Part shown: one piece after another, positions 10,919-20,185 of the stretch
Layout: the number at the start of each line of letters is the position of its first letter
Numbering within the stretch: the first letter of the stretch is position 1
Source: an uncultured delta proteobacterium
Lineage (GTDB): Bacteria > Desulfobacterota > Zymogenia > Zymogenales > Zymogenaceae
DNA: 64,000 bases
Direction: 5' to 3'
Assembly: GCA_963735595.1 (NCBI GenBank)
Contig: CAVTLK010000004.1
Coordinates: 352,001 to 416,000 of the forward strand
The notes under the pieces: generated by a model
What the model was told of the DNA's origin: nothing
The model's database searches: none
The model's input: only the letters and a program-made list of their open reading frames with translations
Position numbers and translations under genes: made by a program

Positions 10919-11053
10919 ACGAGCCTCTCCTTTTATACTGTTTATCTGCTTTATGTACATATGATCACCCTTTATAGCAGCGGGTAACCATACTCACGTA
11001 AGAAGACGGTATACGTCGGTACATGTGGACGCGTCTGCTAAAATAATACGGTA

Positions 11054-11488
11054 CTAGGCCCTGGTGATCTCCACAAATTCCTTCAGCGGTGAGGATCCGG
11101 GCCAGGCCGGGTAGAAGATAAAATCCCGTTTAACGATAGATGTCTTCGGGATGAGATAGTGTACGCCGAGGATCCCCATGAAGAGCTTTGAGAAGAACAT
11201 CCCGAGGCAAACGTCAAAGCCGGTGCTTGCCATGACGACTGTTCCGGTATATTTCTTTCTCAGAAGAAAGTAGGTCAGCTCAAGCCCCGCCAGCTGGTGT
11301 TCCATCGAAACGTCGGTCACAACGACCCGGTAGTGGTCAAGCCCCTTGTCGTTTAATATACCGATGCCTTGTTTGGCCGATACGGCGAGATCGATCAGAT
11401 ACCCGTATTTTCCGAAGAACTCGGAGATGAGGTTGGCATATTTAGCGCGATCATCCACCAGAAGCAGTTTTTTGGCTACTGACTGCAT
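11054..11488 (-). CDS. Orphan single-domain response regulator
   Basis: LLLVDD, VVTDVSM (phospho-Asp), MAST and LIPK; AAGGAAGG upstream. Confidence 0.75.
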   Translation of the reverse strand: MQSVAKKLLLVDDRAKYANLISEFFGKYGYLIDLAVSAKQGIGILNDKGLDHYRVVVTDVSMEHQLAGLELTYFLLRKKYTGTVVMASTGFDVCLGMFFSKLFMGILGVHYLIPKTSIVKRDFIFYPAWPGSSPLKEFVEITRA

Positions 11489-11637
11489 ACCCGAAAACCC
11501 TTCCTTCGTTGTCGGCCCCGTGTGGAGACGTCGACCAATGATTCGCGCCGGCGCCGATGCGGCAAAAATACCTGAATATATTTAACTTATAAATATAGAT
11601 ACGTATCATACATCGAACGTACCGTCAAGGGAAAAGC

Positions 11638-11666
11638 TTGACTTGCCGGAACCGGTACGGTATTAT
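11638..11666 (+). promoter_or_regulatory. Sigma70 promoter
   Basis: TTGACT (11638-11643), 17-bp spacer, TATTAT (11661-11666) in an AT-rich intergenic region. Confidence 0.7.
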
Positions 11667-11721
11667 AAAAGCAATACTTTTGCCGATGTAAAGTAATAAC
11701 TTTCCAGTCTATTTTGGTATT

Positions 11722-11770
11722 CTATCCACATCTTGTGTATATTTCTGTGGATAACTACAATATCTTGAAA
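11722..11770. promoter_or_regulatory. Tandem NrdR-box-like sites with interleaved DnaA box(es)
   Basis: TATCCACATCTTGTGT (11723-11738) and CTACAATATCTTGAAA (11755-11770), 32 bp apart. TGTGGATAA (11746-11754) is a perfect DnaA box; CTATCCACA (11722-11730) has one mismatch. Confidence 0.6.
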
Positions 11771-11809
11771 TCTGTTTCAGTGCAATCGGATAGCTTTTGA
11801 GGAATACCT

Positions 11810-12280
11810 ATGCGACGACGAATCGTTGTTCTCCTGTCTCTCATCGCGGCCTTCTTTGCCGCCGGTCTGCTTGGCGCCGCCGACCTTAAAGACGTCTATG
11901 AGGGCGCCCAGCGTGACTTCAGGCGAGGGCAGTATGAGGGGGCTCTGGCCGGGTGGACGCGTATCATTTCGCCCGAGCCGACCGATACCGGCGGCGAGAT
12001 GATCGATCCCGCGCCGGTCTATTTCAACCGGGGCCTGACCTTTAAGAAGCTCCTCATGTGGAAAGAGGCCGCCGATGATTTTTCGATGGTCGTGGGTTTC
12101 AATCCTAACGACGCGGATGCCCTGTATCAGCGGGGCGGCTGCTACCTGATGCTCGGTCTTCCCGACAAGGGGGAAGCCGATATCCTGAGGGCGTGCGAGC
12201 TCAAGGACGGCTATTGCACCGAGAAGATGCTCCAGCAGAAACGGGAGAAGGGAAAGGGGAACCGGGGGGGAAACCGATGA
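11810..12280 (+). CDS. Small exported tetratricopeptide-repeat protein
   Basis: Signal-like N-terminus (MRRRIVVLLSLIAAFFAAG), TPR motifs (YFNRGL, ALYQRGG); GAGGA upstream. Confidence 0.8.
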   Translation: MRRRIVVLLSLIAAFFAAGLLGAADLKDVYEGAQRDFRRGQYEGALAGWTRIISPEPTDTGGEMIDPAPVYFNRGLTFKKLLMWKEAADDFSMVVGFNPNDADALYQRGGCYLMLGLPDKGEADILRACELKDGYCTEKMLQQKREKGKGNRGGNR

Positions 12281-12846
12281 GCGGATGCGGGATCACCAGG
12301 GACAAGGCTATGACGCTTCTGAAAGAACGGCTCTCCGATCAGGTCCTGATCAAGCACAGCCTTGCCACCGAGGCGATCATGCGGCACCTCGCCGACCGAT
12401 TCGGCGCTGACCCCGAGACATGGGGTATCGCCGGACTCCTTCATGACCTAGACTATACCGAGACAAAGGATACGCCGGAACGACACGGCCTTGTGACGGA
12501 GACGATCCTCAAGCAGGCCGGGGTATCTGACGAGATCATCGAGGCTATCAAAAGCCACAACGCCGAAGCCCTCGGCATCCAGCGTTCCGCCCCCTTCCAT
12601 TTCGCCCTGACCGCAGCCGAAAACCTCACGGGGCTGATCGTCGCCACGGCCCTGGTCCAGCCGGACAAGAAAATCGCCCAGGTGAAGCCCTCATCGGTCG
12701 TAAAAAGGATGAAGGAGAAGGGTTTCGCCCGATCCGTCTCCCGGGAAGGAATCCTGCTGTGCGAGCAAATCGGAATGCCGCTGGACGAATTTGTTACCGT
12801 AAGTCTGAAGGCGATGGGATCGGTCGCGGGAGAACTGGGACTGTAG
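12277..12846 (+). CDS. HD-domain (HDIG-type) metal-dependent phosphohydrolase
   Basis: KHSLATEAIM, GLLHDLD, ERHG, AIKSHN, FARSVSR; ATGA overlap with the previous stop. Confidence 0.88.
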   Translation: MSGCGITRDKAMTLLKERLSDQVLIKHSLATEAIMRHLADRFGADPETWGIAGLLHDLDYTETKDTPERHGLVTETILKQAGVSDEIIEAIKSHNAEALGIQRSAPFHFALTAAENLTGLIVATALVQPDKKIAQVKPSSVVKRMKEKGFARSVSREGILLCEQIGMPLDEFVTVSLKAMGSVAGELGL

Positions 12847-12927
12847 GTCAGGCCGTCGGGACTATATGACTCCGCCGCGGTGGATCGGACGGCCCCGAAC
12901 GGGGATTCGTCGAATAAGGAATTCACG

Positions 12928-15738
12928 ATGATCTCTCGGCATCCTGCGCTCGAAAAGGCCGTATTCATAGGGGTCGGGCTTCTTCTATTCCTGCCGGCTT
13001 CTGCCGATCTTCTCTATTCGTCCGAACCCCCCCAGCCGGTCGTGGTAACGTCCGTCGGTATGGGGGTGCCGCCGGGGAAGACAGAGCCGCCGGAGTCGTC
13101 TCCCGCGCCGACCGGGGCGGTTGAAGACGCCGGGAAGAAGGCGATCCTCTCCTACCTCTATACAATCCTCGGTCCTGGAGGAGTTCCTCCGACTCAAAGA
13201 CGCCGTTGATACGCTGATCCTGCCGCACTATCCGAGCTATATTACAAAAGATCGAAATCCTATCCCTATCGGAGCTGCCCGGGGAAGATACGGCGGTGCT
13301 GTCGGCGGCCGTTACCATCGACGCCGCCGCCCTTTCCGGGTACCTTGAAAACATTAGGAAACTCGAAGGCAAGCCGCAGGCACCGCGGACCCTTTCGACC
13401 GCGGAAAAGGAGATCCTCACATCAAAGGCCCAGGCGATCTATATCCAGGGGGAGGTCGCCTCCGATATTCTCCTGGATCGGCTGCGGGGGGTCGAATCGT
13501 TCCTGTCGGCCAAAACCCTTTTCGAGACGGCAGAATCGACGGAAGGCGTGTACCGCTGCCACATGGGCATCGGGAGGGCGTACGCGTCCCTGGGAGACGT
13601 TGCGGCGGCACGGATTGAGTATAACCGGGCGCTGGAACTCGCGGTAGGCCTCAAACGGGCCGATTACGCGGCCGCCGTCCGGATCGCCCGTGCGCGCCTT
13701 ATGGCCGCGTGCCGGCGACCTGGTTGGGGCGGATCGGGAGATCGGCAAGGTTCTCAATGATCCGTCTGTTTCGGCAATACGACGGAATAATCGCGAGAAG
13801 CGTTACTGCTCGATGCCGAGATCGACTACCGGGCGGCCGACTATGAGTCGGCCGGGGCAACGCTCGGACGCGCTATCGGGGTCCTTGAGGGGATTACCGA
13901 CGTCAAGCGCCTGACGCAGGCCCAGCTTGCTCATGGGGCTGGTCCTCGTTGCCGAACGGGACGGCCCGGGGGCCGTTGCAGTCGTTTAAGCTCGCAAAGA
14001 GCCTGGCGGTAAAGTATGACGATGATATTTCCGCCGCCAAGGCCCTCATCGGGATGGCCAGGGCCTTCAGGATAGCGGGGGACCCGAAGACGGCCACCTT
14101 GTATCTTGCCGACGCGCTCAAGACTGCCCGGGACTCCGGGTGGACGGCAGGCGAGATCGCCTGCCTGTGCGAGAAGGCCTACACTCAGGGAGAGCTGGGG
14201 CAATACCGCGGACGCCGAAACGGCGGCCGCCGACGCCCATGCCCTGGCGCTGTCCGCGAAGACCCCGCGCTCATGGCCGCGACCTACCTTGTCCTGGGGG
14301 AGGTTTCACGCGCCGCCGGTGACAGCGGTGCCGCCTTTGACGCCCTTGTTCGTGCATCGAGACCTCGTCGGACATCAGGGTCGTCGGCCGGGACGTGCCC
14401 TTCCTTTTCTTCGGCGATGCCCATCGGGAGGCGGCCCTGACTCACCTCCTTCTTCTTTCGGCCGAGACCGGTAAAGAGAAACGGGCCGTTGCCGCCACTG
14501 CCGGCTACGAGGGGGCGAAGGTCGCGCGGGAAGCCCTGTGGGGCCTCCCGGCCCTGCCGAGCCGGGACGCGGGGCTGATGCGGCTCTTTCGCGATGCCGC
14601 GATGCGCGCGATCGCGGCCGAGGACGTATCGATCGGCGGAGAATACGTCACGTTTTCCGATACCTCGGGCACCGAATCGTTGCGGCTGTTGGACGAGGCG
14701 CGCCGATCCCTAGACGCCGTCAAGGCGCGGATTGCCCGAGAGTCGCCGCGATTTGCCGTTTGGATGGGGATTATCAATCCCAACCCCGCCGAATCGTCGC
14801 GCCGTCTGCCCGCCGCCGCGGCCCTCGTCCATTACGTGCTGAATTCCGAGGGCGCCTGCGCCCTGGTCATGACCTCGATGGGAGTATCGATCGTTCGGCT
14901 CCCGGAAGGATACGAAGACATATCGGCAGCGCTCGCGCGGCTCGAAGAGGCCGCCGGGTCGCTCAGGATCGGGACCGCGGGCGAGATCCCTCTTGATTTT
15001 ACGGAGGCTTCCACCTCTTTCACGTCGATGCTGGTGTCTCCGATACTTCACGAGCTTGCCGGCATAACGACGATAGGGATATCGCCGGCGGGTATCTCGC
15101 CGGCGGGGATATCGCCGGGAGGAACGCTCCGGTCGCTCCCGATACAGGCCCTCGGGCGCTACAACGACGAGGGGCGGTTCGGCTTCCTGGGGGAGGGATA
15201 TGCCCTGTTCGGTACGTCATGGCTCTCCCCGTCGACGGCGGGCTTTTCGCCGGCCGGAGACAATGCCGCCGGCCCTGACATCCTCGTGGTTGGGGAGATA
15301 GACCTCCCGGGCACCGAAGTGACTGACGATGCCGCCGAGCCGGCGGCATCGGACGGTACGGACGGCGTCCAATCACGGTCGCCCGATGATGGAGGTACCG
15401 CACGCATCGCCCATTGTACCCCGGACTTTCCCTGGTGGGATTCACAGGGAAGGCTCATCGTGTTTCCTGAAACGGGCGTATGGGGTGAGTCGGATTTCTC
15501 CCGAATCGAGTATCTGTCCTATCTGTCGGCCCAACCCGTTATGGTGATTCCTGGGGAGGTTGGGCCGGATGAAGTCTCGGCCTTCCTGAGGGAGACGATT
15601 GCCGCCTCGAGCGGCAGGGCGATCCTCTTCGGTTACGCCGACGCGGTACGGATCTCTGCTATGGACTCCCGATCCGGGGGGCCAACCGGCTGGATCCGAT
15701 TTAACCTGATAAGCGATTTTGTGAGCGCAAGCAAATGA
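12928..15738 (+). CDS. TPR + CHAT-like (caspase-fold) protein, probably catalytically inactive; 5' half broken by several frameshifts
   Basis: Track ORFs 12880-13209, 13121-13348, 13296-13760, 13949-14440 and 14395-15738 join into signal-like segment, TPR helices and CHAT motifs (ISPGGTLRSLPIQAL, PTGWIRFNLIS). AAGGA precedes ATG 12928. Confidence 0.65.
15076..15120 (+). repeat. Three 15-bp in-frame tandem repeats (GISPA/G)
   Basis: GGGATATCGCCGGCG, GGTATCTCGCCGGCG, GGGATATCGCCGGGA. Confidence 0.9.
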
Positions 15739-18700
15739 AGCGAACCTATGTAGTGGTGACTGCAATTCTGATTATGCTGGCGGCGCCCGTGCCCCTGTCG
15801 TGGGGGCAATCGGACAACCCCGACTACCTCTCGGCAATGTCCCGGGGAGACTTCTACCTGAACAATGGGGAATATGCCGAGGCGCTCAGGCAATTCGAGG
15901 CGGCCAAAGCCGCCGCCCCCGGAGATCCGCGCCCGAAGAACATGATCGGCCGCGTTTACCTCAAGATGGGAGATACCGAGGGGGCGATTCGATCCTTCCG
16001 GGAGGCCGTCGCCGGTGAACCCCGATACTTCGAGGGCTTCTTCAATCTCGGCAAGACCTACCTCGAGGTCAAGCGGTTCCGTGACGCGGTTGAAAGCCTC
16101 TCGCGGGCCGTCGATCTCGTGCCTGATTCGTTTATCGCCTTCAATTACCTCGGCGACGCGTTTATAGGGGCGGGGGATCGGGACGGTGCGCTCTCTGCCT
16201 ATAATCGCGCCGTCGATATCAAGCCAGACTATACCGAGGCCTATATAAAGATCGGGAACCTGCTTGCGGCCGAAGGCCTGGCCGAGGAGGCGGTGGCCAC
16301 GTATAAGAAGGCGGCGGAGACTACCGGTGGGTCGCCGGAGGGATTGATGCTCCTGGCGCGGCTCTCTTTTGACCTGGGGAACTTCCCCCAGGCCAAGGAG
16401 GCACTGGACTCGGTGCTTTCGTCTGACCCCGCGAACTTCGATGCCCTGATGCTGGCGGCCAGAACCGCCGTTGCCATGGGCGACTCGAAAACGGGGATCG
16501 GCTATCTTGAGCGCGCCGAAAAGCTCAGGTCTACCGATGCGAACGTCTATATCCTCAAGGGAGAGATATTCTCGGCCCGAAAGGAATACGCGGACGCCGT
16601 AAGGGTGCTCACGAAGGCCCTGTCACTTGCCGGAGACAACCCGGACGTCCTGATCAACCTGGGTAAGACTTACCTGGTGACCGGAGACGCCGACGAAGCG
16701 ATAACGACCTTTTCCCGTGCGTTGGCTCTGGCGCCGAGAAACGCCGACGTTCACTACGGCCTCGGCGCCGCCTATCTCAAGAAGGGCGAAAACGTCATGG
16801 CCGAGCAGTTCCTGAACGACGCGGTGGCGCTGGACCCCACGCACTATCTTGCCTACGACGAGCTCGGGACGACGCTGCTGGCCGAGGGGAGGTCCCGGGA
16901 CGCGATGACGGCCTACCTCCGGGCCGTGGAGATCAAGCCCGACTTTGTTGACGGCTATGACCATATCGGCAGGGTAGCGCTGGCAATTGGGGACATCGAT
17001 CGGGCAATATCGGTCTACGAATCGGTATTGACGATACGCCCCGACTTCTATCCCGCCTACCTGGCAATCGGTAGGTCGTATGCCTCTTTCGGCAGATTCG
17101 CGGATGCCGTATCCACCCTCGAAAAGGTCATCAAGCTCAAGCGCGATTATTATGAGGCGTACGTGGAGCTTTCCCAGGTCTACTCGAAAATGGGAGAGAC
17201 GAAAAAAGCGATCGCGGCCATCGACAAGGCCGTCAAGATAAACCCGGGATACGCCCCCGCCTACTATTACAAGGCCAGGATCTACGTGGAAGGCGGCGAT
17301 CTCAAATCAGCCGTCGCCTCCTACCGGAAGGCGGTCGATACCGACCCGAAATATACCGACGCCTACCTTTCCCTCGGCAATCTGATGACCTTCCTCGGAC
17401 AGAAAGAAGCCGCGATAGAGACCTACCGCACGGTTATCGAGATCGATCCCAAGAACACCTCCGCCCTCTACGCGCTGGCCGATATCTATGTCAATTCGGG
17501 CGAAAAGACCAACGGCATGGCGCTCCTGGACATGGCGCTCAAGATAGACCCCCGTTTCTTCGACGCCCTCATCCTCTCGGCGGAGACGTACCTGGATAAC
17601 CGGGAGCTGGACTCGGCAATGGACTATTATGAGCGGGCCAAGACCATCGACCCGGGTAATTCCCGCTCCTACAAGGGGATCGGAAAGGTCTATTACTACC
17701 GGGAACAGTACGATGATTCGATCGCGGCCTACGAGGAATCGCTGAGGCTTAACCCCGATCAGTTCGTCGTCTACTACAGCCTCGGCCAGGTCTATTGGAA
17801 GCTCGGGGATACCGACCGGGCTTTCGAAAACTACGACCAGTCGGTCGAGCTCTCGCCCGATAACTATATGGCCTACTACCAGATCGGAATTCTGAAGCTG
17901 GAAGCCAACGATACCGCAAGCGCCGTTGAGTATTTCACGAAGGCGGTATCGTATTCGCCGGAGTTCGTGGACGGCCTGTATATGCTCGCGCTTGCCTACC
18001 ACCGGCTCGGGAGCTACGATGAGGGCGCCGACGCCCTCAAACAGGCGCTTGCGGTAAAGCCCGATAACCGGGACGCGATGGTATTGCTGGGCCAGTGCTA
18101 TTTCGACGGGGGTACGTACGAGAAAGCGCTGGAGGTCTTCAGCGAGGTTCTGGCCAAGGAACCCGGCGATGTGAAGTCGATGCTCTATATCGCGGAGTGT
18201 TATTCGAACACCGGGCAGTACAAGCTGGCGGTGGACACGATCTGGAAGGCGCTTGAGATCGAGCCGGATAACGCCGATCTCTATTTTGTGCTCGGCACGA
18301 ACTACGTCAAGCTCGCCTCCTACGACGAGGCGATCTCGGCCTTCAACAACGTCGTTCGCATCCTGCCCGATAATTACAAGGCCCATTACAACCTCGGCAT
18401 TATCTTCGCGGTCAGGGGATGGTCGGAGGAGGCGATGCTCTCGCTGAAGCGCTGCCTTTCCATTATGCCCGACTACGAGCCGGCCGTCCAGAAGCTCCGG
18501 GAGTTCAACGCCGGCCTTATGGAAAGCTACCCCGATGACGTTCGGCCCTATATCGACCTGGGCGACGGGCTGAGGCTCGCCGGAAAATACGAAGAGGCCA
18601 TACCTCACCTCGAGCGGGCCCGATCAATGGCCCCCGACAATACGGAGGTATACTTCCTGTTGGGCCAGTGCTATTCCCGCATCGGCCAGTACGACAGGGC

Positions 18701-19238
18701 CCTCGAGTACCTGGCGGCGGCACTGGCCGCAAAACCGGATAACTACGCGGCCATGCTCGAGATCGCCAAGACCTACGAGGCGGTCGGCGATCCCGATAAG
18801 GCGAAGTCCTCTTACCTTGCCCTTGCCAAGCTCAGGCCCGATGATTACGCCACCTACCGGGCAATCGGCGATTACTACCTCAGATCAGGCAGCGTCAACA
18901 GCGCCCTTACCTACTATGAGAAGGGCCTGTCCCTTGACCCGAGCGATTACACGCTCTGGGCCGACACGGCCCTTATCTACGCACGGGAAAATAAGAAACT
19001 CGAGCGGGCAAAGAAATGCGCCGACCGGTCGTTGGTCCTCAAGGCCGAGAATTCCCTCGGCACGAAGGCTCTCGGCTATATCTACTACCGGATGAAGAAA
19101 TACTCCGAGGCGGCCAGATACCTGACGGCGGCGAAGAACGCACTCCCCGATGACGCGGAAATCGCCGAGCTGTTGGGGACGATCGCCGAAAAGAGAGAGA
19201 CCGAGGCGAAGCCGGCGGACAAAAAAACAAATAAGTGA
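15735..19238 (+). CDS. Giant exported tetratricopeptide-repeat protein (about 30 or more TPRs)
   Basis: Signal peptide followed by continuous ~34-aa TPR periodicity to the C-terminus; no catalytic domain recognised; ATGA overlap with the upstream gene. Confidence 0.92.
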   Translation: MKRTYVVVTAILIMLAAPVPLSWGQSDNPDYLSAMSRGDFYLNNGEYAEALRQFEAAKAAAPGDPRPKNMIGRVYLKMGDTEGAIRSFREAVAGEPRYFEGFFNLGKTYLEVKRFRDAVESLSRAVDLVPDSFIAFNYLGDAFIGAGDRDGALSAYNRAVDIKPDYTEAYIKIGNLLAAEGLAEEAVATYKKAAETTGGSPEGLMLLARLSFDLGNFPQAKEALDSVLSSDPANFDALMLAARTAVAMGDSKTGIGYLERAEKLRSTDANVYILKGEIFSARKEYADAVRVLTKALSLAGDNPDVLINLGKTYLVTGDADEAITTFSRALALAPRNADVHYGLGAAYLKKGENVMAEQFLNDAVALDPTHYLAYDELGTTLLAEGRSRDAMTAYLRAVEIKPDFVDGYDHIGRVALAIGDIDRAISVYESVLTIRPDFYPAYLAIGRSYASFGRFADAVSTLEKVIKLKRDYYEAYVELSQVYSKMGETKKAIAAIDKAVKINPGYAPAYYYKARIYVEGGDLKSAVASYRKAVDTDPKYTDAYLSLGNLMTFLGQKEAAIETYRTVIEIDPKNTSALYALADIYVNSGEKTNGMALLDMALKIDPRFFDALILSAETYLDNRELDSAMDYYERAKTIDPGNSRSYKGIGKVYYYREQYDDSIAAYEESLRLNPDQFVVYYSLGQVYWKLGDTDRAFENYDQSVELSPDNYMAYYQIGILKLEANDTASAVEYFTKAVSYSPEFVDGLYMLALAYHRLGSYDEGADALKQALAVKPDNRDAMVLLGQCYFDGGTYEKALEVFSEVLAKEPGDVKSMLYIAECYSNTGQYKLAVDTIWKALEIEPDNADLYFVLGTNYVKLASYDEAISAFNNVVRILPDNYKAHYNLGIIFAVRGWSEEAMLSLKRCLSIMPDYEPAVQKLREFNAGLMESYPDDVRPYIDLGDGLRLAGKYEEAIPHLERARSMAPDNTEVYFLLGQCYSRIGQYDRALEYLAAALAAKPDNYAAMLEIAKTYEAVGDPDKAKSSYLALAKLRPDDYATYRAIGDYYLRSGSVNSALTYYEKGLSLDPSDYTLWADTALIYARENKKLERAKKCADRSLVLKAENSLGTKALGYIYYRMKKYSEAARYLTAAKNALPDDAEIAELLGTIAEKRETEAKPADKKTNK

Positions 19239-19322
19239 AGGTCCGGCGACCGACGTCGTCGGCACGACGCCGACCGTGGGAGAACCTGCGGCGGTTCGTG
19301 TCTTAGTGAAAGGAGCCATGCC

Positions 19323-20185
19323 ATGACGTTCAAGACCCAGCACGAAGCCCAGGGTGAGCTGTCCCACATTCGCAGGGCGGCAGAACACGTCCTCCTAAAG
19401 ACAAACCTCCGCCCGAAAACGGCCGTTATCCTCGGCACGGGACTTTCGGGGATCGGCCAATTCATGGAGGCTGACGTTTCTCTCCCGTACGGGGAAATAC
19501 CCAGTTTCCCCGTATCGACCGTTCGGGGCACCCGGGGATTTTACATATGGGGCGCATCGGCGGCGTGGAGGCGGCGGTGATGGAGGGGCGTTTTCACCTC
19601 TATGAGGGCTATGAGCCCTCGGAGATCGCCCTGCCGATCCGGGTGCTGTCCGTTATGGGGATCGAACGGCTCATCGTCACCAACTCGGCAGGCGGGCTTA
19701 ACCCCCTGTTTGCCGCCGGAGAGATCATGGTTATCCATGACCATATAAACGCGACGGGGGTAAATCCGCTGGTCGGCGTCAACTTGGAGGTGGTCGGCCC
19801 GCGCTTCCCGGATATGTCGCGCGCCTACGACCGGGCGTTTATCGAGATCGCCGAGGCCGAGGCGCAGCGCCTCGGTATTCGCGTCAACCGGGGGGTCTAT
19901 GTCGGGATACTGGGACCGAGCCTGGAGACGCCCGCCGAGACCCGGATGTACCGGTCGTTCGGGGCCGACGCCCTCGGCATGTCCACGGTCATGGAGGTGA
20001 TCGCCGCGCGCCATGCGGGGATGCGGGTGCTGGGGCTTTCGATGATCGCCAACGTCAACCTGCCGGACGCCATGGAGCCGATCCTGATCGACGACATCAT
20101 CGCCACGGTCGGTAAAACGGGAGGAGTCTGATCAGGCTGATTGCAGCGGTTACTCAACCGGATGGAGGAAGAGACCGATCTATGA
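19323..20185 (+). CDS. punA: Purine nucleoside phosphorylase, trimeric inosine/guanosine type (frameshifted near 19530 and 20120-20150)
   Basis: ILGTGL, GRFHLYEGY, TNSAGGLN, HDHIN, GPRFPDMS, GPSLETPAE, GMSTVME. Confidence 0.88.

Noticed and set aside
11580..11800. Chromosomal origin (oriC)
   Set aside because: Only one perfect and two imperfect DnaA boxes, and no dnaA, dnaN, gyrB or parAB in the window. A regulated promoter fits better, though GC skew is needed to exclude an origin.
17307..18608. Long antisense ORFs (433 aa here; also 54313-55548, 52004-53065, 25688-26617, 986-1891)
   Set aside because: They shadow well-supported genes, as expected from GC-rich codon bias, and show no recognisable motifs.
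12928..19238. Craspase-like or other CHAT anti-phage system
   Set aside because: No cas genes, CRISPR array, gasdermin or recognisable effector nearby; the catalytic dyad appears absent and the proteins look exported.
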